NCBI RefSeq assembly: GCF_003367075.2
Contig: NZ_CP065936.1
Coordinates: 210,001-242,000 of the forward strand
DNA: 32,000 bases
Source: Cylindrospermopsis raciborskii Cr2010
GTDB taxonomy: Bacteria > Cyanobacteriota > Cyanobacteriia > Cyanobacteriales > Nostocaceae
Direction of reading: 5' to 3'
How positions within the stretch are numbered: the stretch's first letter is position 1; each line of letters opens with the position of its first letter. Below are positions 27,401 through 32,000 of the stretch, piece after piece. The notes under the pieces were generated by a model, which saw only the letters and a program-made list of their open reading frames with translations, ran no database searches and was not told the DNA's origin. A program made the translations under genes and the position numbers.

Positions 27401-28722
27401 CTAGAAATGCCCACGCTGGACCAACCTTAATTATTGCCCCAACTTCTGTGTGCATGAACTGGGTCGTGGAAGCAAATAAATTTGCCCCTACCCTCAATGT
27501 TATTCAGTTTGGTGCCAACACTCGTGTTAGCGATCGCACTTTATCTGACAAAGATTTAGATGGAGAGGAGACACCAGTTATTTCTAGTCGGCAAAAATTA
27601 TTGGATCAGTTACAACCCTTAGATATGTTGGTATGTAGTTATGGTTTACTGCAACAGGATGATGTGGCTCGAATGCTATCTCAGGTAGAATGGCAAACCA
27701 TAGTTTTAGATGAAGCTCAAGCTATCAAAAACCTCAATACTAAACGTTCCCAAGCTGCAATGGGTCTGAAAGGTAATTTTAAGTTAATTACTACTGGAAC
27801 GCCCATTGAGAACCATTTGGGTGAATTATGGAATTTGTTCCGCTTTATTAATCCTGGGTTATTGGGTTCTTTTGATAGCTTTAATCAGCGGTTTTCTACA
27901 CCAATTGAAAAACATCAGGACAAACAAGCCAGAAATAAACTGAAAAAACTGATTCAGCCATTTTTGCTGCGGCGGACAAAAAGTCAAGTGTTGCAAGAGT
28001 TACCTTCTCGTACGGAAATTCTCCTTCATGTAGAATTGAGTCGGGAGGAAAAGGTGTTCTATGAAGCTTTACGTCGTCAAGCCATTTCTAAACTGAATGA
28101 AAGTGATGCAGATCCGGGTAAAAAGCATTTGCAGGTTCTGGCAGAAATTATGAGACTACGTCGCGCTTGCTGTAATCCCAGTTTGGTTATGCCTAATACT
28201 GATTTATCTAGTTCTAAATTACAGCTGCTAGGTGAGGTGCTGGCGGAACTGCTGGAAAATCATCATAAAGCATTAGTATTTAGTCAGTTTGTAGATCATT
28301 TGCACATCATCCGTAATTATCTGGAGAGCAAAAGTATTAAATATCAATATTTAGATGGTAGTACGCCTATGGCGGAAAGGAAAAGAAGTGTGGACAGTTT
28401 TCAAGCTGGAGATGGGGATATATTTCTCATTAGCTTGAAAGCAGGAGGTACAGGATTAAATTTGACAGCTGCTGATTATGTAATTCACACAGATCCCTGG
28501 TGGAATCCAGCTGTTGAAGATCAGGCTTCTGACCGCGCCCACCGGATTGGACAGCAACGCCCTGTTACTATTTATAGGCTAGTAGCAAAGGATACTATTG
28601 AAGATAAAATTGTAGAACTACACCATCATAAGCGAGATTTGGCGGATACTTTATTGGAGGGTACTGATATGAGTGGTAAGATTTCCATGGAGGCTCTATT
28701 ACAATTGATTAATGATAGTTAA
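24439..28722 (+). CDS. SNF2/RAD54-family ATPase with a bacterial SNF2-associated region and a long unassigned helical N-terminus
   Basis: 1427 aa. The ATPase core starts at about aa 945 (LRDYQMEGFCWL, LADQMGLGKT, VLDEAQAIKN, TGTPIENHLGELWNLF, LISLKAGGTGLNLTAADYVIHTDPWWNPAVEDQASDRAHRIGQ). Residues of about 490-900 resemble the bacterial SNF2-helicase-associated region. Residues 1 to about 480 are helical and repeat-like with no motif I can name. Confidence 0.9.
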   Translation: MTDHRSSTKNKQADLLETYLKLSPAYQNILQVLSIIYEKIDKSSILPCLVSASLSDERNVPWNTRSLNRQIDSLAQQDLVVQGPKGIVECHPLIKEGVIRHAIETEIFEILVTAIEEKLPIRNAYIKGRRNFTNLHQCVREIRIGIYRGDTDFVYKQIDDYHHLKGEYESTKKLISYVSEEVCNNPFDPTWFVKLPPELYEIFMTNILFNSVLNLSNCQEVFSLLEEECENSGKHSSNHTYSILIEQFLLRACTEEAEESLKDMTDISIGQKNGFWGWLSFLQGKNDQAIQYYSDGLETQRKMIGKRQVYFNSITGLFFILALLKEGSPKSLSKAEEYANLLSQSSNFLSLIYKNLTVVLQVHQGNINAKKTLLQEANFASLKGKNSLELLFYSLCIYWLDIEVARKLLPKVLQKLYSSAVFAGYHWLAIEAANLLARIDPNSNYQIRAQTLQEYTNIQTIVDILQPQEEWEIRLQALAGMQKESQTINQSDTGTRLVWLVKFDSGKCSLQPKEQKNSVKGEWSKGRQIALKRLSTNLSELNYITLQDVKVCSCIEASNYRISYNKPEYQFNERAILALIGHPLVFWEDAPNIRVEIVKGEMEFLVKKDDQDHLTIELSPKITTDNITCIKETPTRIKVIEITPEHRRMGEILGYENKLTVPRMAEKKILAAINAVSGIVTVHSDIGENVEGIEELPAQTLPYVHLLPTNTGLKVSLLSHPFTEGGPYFHPGIGGERVIAEIGGKRLQTRRNLSQEKELSQHVIHNCPTLISVNEQGSEWVIEDPDNCLELLLELQALKDKIVVEWPQGEKMRVSYHADLKDFNLSIERQKDWFAATGELKLSEDLVLDMEQLLQLLEKTPGRFIPMGDGEFLALSEVFRKQLDELQLFSEKHGKKLMFHPLAASNLEEFVDNVGNLKADKHWKQHISRLKEVQSLQPELPSTFQAELRDYQMEGFCWLARLAHWGVGACLADQMGLGKTVQALAVITRNAHAGPTLIIAPTSVCMNWVVEANKFAPTLNVIQFGANTRVSDRTLSDKDLDGEETPVISSRQKLLDQLQPLDMLVCSYGLLQQDDVARMLSQVEWQTIVLDEAQAIKNLNTKRSQAAMGLKGNFKLITTGTPIENHLGELWNLFRFINPGLLGSFDSFNQRFSTPIEKHQDKQARNKLKKLIQPFLLRRTKSQVLQELPSRTEILLHVELSREEKVFYEALRRQAISKLNESDADPGKKHLQVLAEIMRLRRACCNPSLVMPNTDLSSSKLQLLGEVLAELLENHHKALVFSQFVDHLHIIRNYLESKSIKYQYLDGSTPMAERKRSVDSFQAGDGDIFLISLKAGGTGLNLTAADYVIHTDPWWNPAVEDQASDRAHRIGQQRPVTIYRLVAKDTIEDKIVELHHHKRDLADTLLEGTDMSGKISMEALLQLINDS

Positions 28723-28748
28723 GTAATCCTTTTTATTAGCCAAAACAG

Positions 28749-29333
28749 ATGATTGTAGCCAAGGACCAAACCCCTTACCTGACTCCAGAGGAGTATTTCA
28801 CCTGGGAGTCCACCCAACCGGAAAAATACGAATATATCGATGGTCAAGTTTATGCCATGGGTGGTGGTAGTATCAATCACGGTCGGATCTCTATACGCTT
28901 TACTTCTATGCTAGACAGTTACCTAGAAGACACCGGGTGTATTACTGGCAATTCCGATATCAAAGTGAATATTTTGGGTAGTAATAACTATACTTACCCA
29001 GATATCAGTGTTACCTGTGATGATAGAGATAAAGCTAATACTCAATATATTACCTACCCCTGTCTTATTATTGAAGTTTTATCCCCCAGTACGGAAGCAT
29101 ACGATAGGGGTGGCAAGTTCCGAATGTACCGCAAAAACCCAGCTTTGATAGATTATCTTCTAGTTAGTTCTACTAGTATGGAAGTTGATCTTTATCACAA
29201 AAATGACAGAGGTGACTGGTTGATTATTAACTACAAACCGGGGGAAGTTATTGAACTGCAAAGTATTAACTTCAATTTTCCTATTGACCAGGTCTACCGG
29301 GGTTTAGATTTGACTAAACAATGTTATTTCTAA
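28749..29333 (+). CDS. Uma2-family (DUF820) PD-(D/E)XK putative endonuclease
   Basis: YLTPEEYFTWE...KYEYIDGQVYAMGGGS..H, then PDISVTC and PCLIIEVLSPSTEAYDRGGKFRMYR...IDYLLVS. This is the Uma2 D...EVLSPS...K nuclease-core pattern, which is very abundant in cyanobacteria. Confidence 0.85.
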   Translation: MIVAKDQTPYLTPEEYFTWESTQPEKYEYIDGQVYAMGGGSINHGRISIRFTSMLDSYLEDTGCITGNSDIKVNILGSNNYTYPDISVTCDDRDKANTQYITYPCLIIEVLSPSTEAYDRGGKFRMYRKNPALIDYLLVSSTSMEVDLYHKNDRGDWLIINYKPGEVIELQSINFNFPIDQVYRGLDLTKQCYF

Positions 29334-30268
29334 ATAGCTCTCTTAAAGATATCATTGTAGGCTTGATAAACACCTTTAACGTTGTACCAGTTAAGAAAGA
29401 TTCTGGCTATTTCTAAAGCAAGCTGTGGTTTACCTAAATTAATTAACCACTGCAACAGGGGAGCCATTGTCTTTTCGTTTAATAGCCCGTTCAAGGATAG
29501 TATTCCCCATAGCAATCGGTGAAAGAACGTCATTTGAATCATCATTTTCACTTCCCAAGTGGGATGTTTCTGATAAAACAAAACCCCCATTTTTCCCCTT
29601 TGAATTTCCTTGTCAATTAAATTGTGAATTTGTTGCAAACTAAAGGGTGGGTGCCAATGATAACCTACTGCTTGGGGACATTTGATTAGTTGTAAACCCA
29701 GTTTTTTTAACCTCACACCTAATTCTAAATCCTCCCAACCATATAACTGGAAACCTGTGTCAAACAAACCTGCTTTCTCTAACCAGTGTTTGGGAATTGC
29801 TACATTACCCGTGGCAAAAAAAGCTGCGGAAAAATCTGTGATTTTATAGGGTTCGGCGGTGGGATCCTCAAAATTACAAGTGTTAATTACCGCACCATAG
29901 GTAAATAGGCGATCGCCGCCCAGTCTTTTTTTCCCCTGAGTTAAAGCATCACTATGAGCCTCTAAGAAGTTCTCTAGAACTACTAAATCGCTGTCAATAA
30001 AAATAATTGTATCCCCCATGGAATTTTGCACTCCTAAGTTTCGTGCTGCTGCTGGACCTGCATGATCCTGTTGAAAGCAGCGAACATGGGGAAATAGATC
30101 TTGATGTTTTGCTAACCAGTCCAAAGTGCCATCGGTGGATCCATCATCCACCAAAACTACTTCGTAACCTGTGACTTGACTGGTGTAACTCTGGTTTTCT
30201 AAAGCGGTAAGACACTTTTGTAAAATCGGTAGTCGGTTGTAAGTGGGAATAATAACACTAAAGAACAC
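29330..30268 (-). CDS. Family 2 glycosyltransferase
   Basis: FSVIIPTYNR, VVLVDDGSTDGT and FIDSDLVV (DXD) form the GT-A/GT2 signature. The start is GTG at 30268. The stop codon overlaps the stop of the convergent Uma2 gene. Confidence 0.85.
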   Translation of the reverse strand: MFFSVIIPTYNRLPILQKCLTALENQSYTSQVTGYEVVLVDDGSTDGTLDWLAKHQDLFPHVRCFQQDHAGPAAARNLGVQNSMGDTIIFIDSDLVVLENFLEAHSDALTQGKKRLGGDRLFTYGAVINTCNFEDPTAEPYKITDFSAAFFATGNVAIPKHWLEKAGLFDTGFQLYGWEDLELGVRLKKLGLQLIKCPQAVGYHWHPPFSLQQIHNLIDKEIQRGKMGVLFYQKHPTWEVKMMIQMTFFHRLLWGILSLNGLLNEKTMAPLLQWLINLGKPQLALEIARIFLNWYNVKGVYQAYNDIFKRAI

Positions 30269-30412
30269 TATTTCACCTAGAATGTGATTTTAATGGCAAC
30301 CAAAGTCAGGGTTTGTTGATGGACAATAAACGCTCTAATTATAGTAAATTGTATACTAAAATAGCAATGTTTTAAGAATCATCAATCAATGTTGTTCTAA
30401 CTGGAGAAATTA

Positions 30413-31615
30413 ATGGGTCGCGCCAAAAAGGTTGTTTTAGCATACTCCGGTGGGGTAGACACCTCCGTTTGTATCCCCTACCTGCAACACGAGTGGGGAG
30501 TGGAAGAAGTTATTACCCTAGCAGCAGATTTAGGTCAGGGAGACGAATTAGAGCCAGTCAAAGAAAAGGCCTTAAAATCCGGTGCCAGTGAATCCTTGGT
30601 AGCAGATGTTAAAGAAAGTTTTGTCCAAGACTACGCATTTCCCGCGATTCAAGCTAATGCTCTCTATGAAAATCGCTATCCTCTGGGAACAGCTCTCGCT
30701 AGACCATTAATTGCTAAGGTACTAGTAGAAACTGCCCAAAACTATGGTGCAGATGCGATCGCTCATGGTTGTACTGGCAAAGGTAATGATCAAGTTCGCT
30801 TTGATGTTTCCTGCACTGCACTGAACCCCAAGTTAAAGATTCTGGCACCTGCTAGAGAATGGGGAATGAGTAGGGAACAAACCATTGCCTACGGTGAAAA
30901 ATTCGGTATTCCAGCACCTGTGAAAAAATCCTCCCCCTATAGTATTGACAAAAATCTACTGGGTCGGAGTATAGAAGCTGGTATATTAGAAGACCCGGCT
31001 AATGAACCGCCCGAGGAAATTTATGAAATGACTAAAGCCGTAGCTGATGCTCCCAATGAACCGGAATATCTGGAAATTGGCTTTGAAAAGGGCATTCCCG
31101 TTGCTATTAATGGAACTGTCAAAACACCAGTACAGCTAATTCAAGAAATCAACACCATAGTTGGCAATCATGGTATTGGACGTATTGATATGATTGAAAA
31201 TAGACTGGTGGGAATTAAATCGCGGGAAATTTATGAATCACCAGCTATGGTGGTATTAATCAATGCTCATCGAGATTTAGAAAGTCTGACTCTGACTGCT
31301 GATGTGACACAGTACAAGCGTGGTCTTGAAGAAACTTATACTAAGCTCGTATATAATGGACTTTGGTATAGTCCATTAAAAAATGCTATAGATGCTTTTA
31401 TACAGCAAACACAAATCCGAGTTTCTGGAGTAGTACGTCTAAAACTGTTTAAGGGCAATGCTACTATAGTGGGACGTTGGAGTGAAAATACTCTGTATAC
31501 ACCAGATTTAGCAACTTACGGCGCGGAGGATCAATTTGATCACAAAGCTGCGGAAGGATTCATTTATGTTTGGGGTTTACCAACCCGAATTTGGGCCCAA
31601 TACAATAGGGATTAG
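30413..31615 (+). CDS. argG: Argininosuccinate synthase
   Basis: [13 protein letters not shown] (ATP PP-loop), [14 protein letters not shown] and [17 protein letters not shown]. At 400 aa it is the type I ArgG length. Confidence 0.95.
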   Translation: MGRAKKVVLAYSGGVDTSVCIPYLQHEWGVEEVITLAADLGQGDELEPVKEKALKSGASESLVADVKESFVQDYAFPAIQANALYENRYPLGTALARPLIAKVLVETAQNYGADAIAHGCTGKGNDQVRFDVSCTALNPKLKILAPAREWGMSREQTIAYGEKFGIPAPVKKSSPYSIDKNLLGRSIEAGILEDPANEPPEEIYEMTKAVADAPNEPEYLEIGFEKGIPVAINGTVKTPVQLIQEINTIVGNHGIGRIDMIENRLVGIKSREIYESPAMVVLINAHRDLESLTLTADVTQYKRGLEETYTKLVYNGLWYSPLKNAIDAFIQQTQIRVSGVVRLKLFKGNATIVGRWSENTLYTPDLATYGAEDQFDHKAAEGFIYVWGLPTRIWAQYNRD

Positions 31616-31628
31616 TAAATAGGACAGC

Positions 31629-31658
31629 AGGTGATAGAGATATAATCTCCCATCACCT
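31629..31658. terminator. Hairpin between the convergent argG and dedA-like genes
   Basis: AGGTGAT (31629-31635) pairs with ATCACCT (31652-31658), and an inner GAGAT/ATCTC stem closes a 3-nt loop. It lies in the 49-bp gap between the stop codons. The U-tracts are weak. Confidence 0.4.
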
Positions 31659-31664
31659 TGTTGC

Positions 31665-32000
31665 CTACTCGCCTAAATGTTTAACTTGACGTGACTCCCA
31701 CCAAATGGGGAGTACAATCACTAAAACCAGTATCAGTAAAGCCAATAGGGCAAACTGACTCACCCAAGCCACCAACTGTTCTAAAGAAACTATTTTCCCA
31801 GCAAAAAATGCTAGGGTGACCATTATACTGGCCCAAGCGGAAGCACCAGCTAAGTTATATACTAAAAATTTGCCAAATGGCATTTCCGCAATACCAGCTA
31901 AGGGGGAAGCGAAAATCCTCAATAAGGCAAAAAATCTACCAAAAAACACGGTTTTACCAGCATTTTCACTAAATTGATCTTTAATACTAACTAGTCGCTC
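31665..32000 (-). CDS. DedA/SNARE-associated family membrane protein, C-terminal part (5' end beyond the window)
   Basis: The frame stays open upstream of the tracked Met to base 32000 (ERLVSIKDQFSENAGKTVFFGRFFALLRIFASPLAGIAEMPFGKFLVYNLAGASAWA...). GRF(F/I)..(L/V)R...P..AG is the DedA signature. Confidence 0.85.
   Translation of the reverse strand, partial: ERLVSIKDQFSENAGKTVFFGRFFALLRIFASPLAGIAEMPFGKFLVYNLAGASAWASIMVTLAFFAGKIVSLEQLVAWVSQFALLALLILVLVIVLPIWWESRQVKHLGE

Noticed and set aside
24439-30268. SNF2 + nuclease + glycosyltransferase as a DISARM/BREX-like or other known defence island.
   Set aside because: No methyltransferase, DUF1998, PLD, PglZ or other signature partner genes are present. 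The flanks are housekeeping genes (spp, argG), HIP1 sites are present, and the GT2 gene is on the opposite strand.
30344-30356. NtcA-like site GTA-aattgta-TAC upstream of argG.
   Set aside because: The spacer is 7 nt, not the canonical 8 (GTAN8TAC). The site also abuts the only -10-like hexamer (TAAAAT, 30357-30362) instead of being centred about 41 nt upstream of a TSS.
1-32000. Search for CRISPR arrays, tRNA/rRNA genes, transposases, integrases and prophage genes.
   Set aside because: There are no regularly spaced direct repeats and no cloverleaf-capable or rRNA-like segments in the short intergenic regions. None of the long ORFs has transposase or integrase motifs.

Overview
This window looks like ordinary core chromosome from a filamentous, Nostocales-like cyanobacterium. 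It is AT-rich and carries 15 copies of the cyanobacterial HIP1 octamer GCGATCGC. Every recognisable protein has a cyanobacterial housekeeping character.

I support 23 tightly packed protein-coding genes on both strands:
- clpC (3' end only)
- a 352-aa hypothetical protein with a TerB-like N-terminus
- a PMT-family membrane glycosyltransferase
- fused PabA-PabB aminodeoxychorismate synthase
- an aldo/keto reductase translationally overlapped with a DUF4336-like protein
- a small LapA-domain membrane protein
- an alpha-phosphohexomutase
- a beta-propeller plus transglutaminase-like protein
- the P-type Ca2+-ATPase pacL
- recF
- a VOC/glyoxalase-fold protein
- purH
- recG
- a 263-aa hypothetical protein
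- tsf
- rpsB
- sucrose-phosphate phosphatase
- a 1427-aa SNF2-family ATPase
- a Uma2 (PD-(D/E)XK) endonuclease
- a GT2 glycosyltransferase
- argG
- a DedA-family protein (truncated at the window end)

I saw no rRNA, tRNA, CRISPR array, transposase, integrase or phage genes. No intergenic region exceeds about 380 bp.

I do not find convincing evidence for a new multi-gene system. The leads most worth a second look are:
1. Two perfect interleaved 8-bp helices (pseudoknot topology) that end directly at the rpsB Shine-Dalgarno. This is a candidate S2 autoregulatory leader.
2. Two copies of a small hairpin-forming dispersed repeat (GTTGGGTTTC..CAACCCAACCTAC). One sits inside a 27-29 nt duplication of the phosphohexomutase upstream region.
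3. The giant SNF2 ATPase, which has a roughly 480-aa unassigned N-terminal region and is followed after 26 bp by the Uma2 nuclease.

All functional calls come from reading motifs in the translated ORFs. No database search was run.
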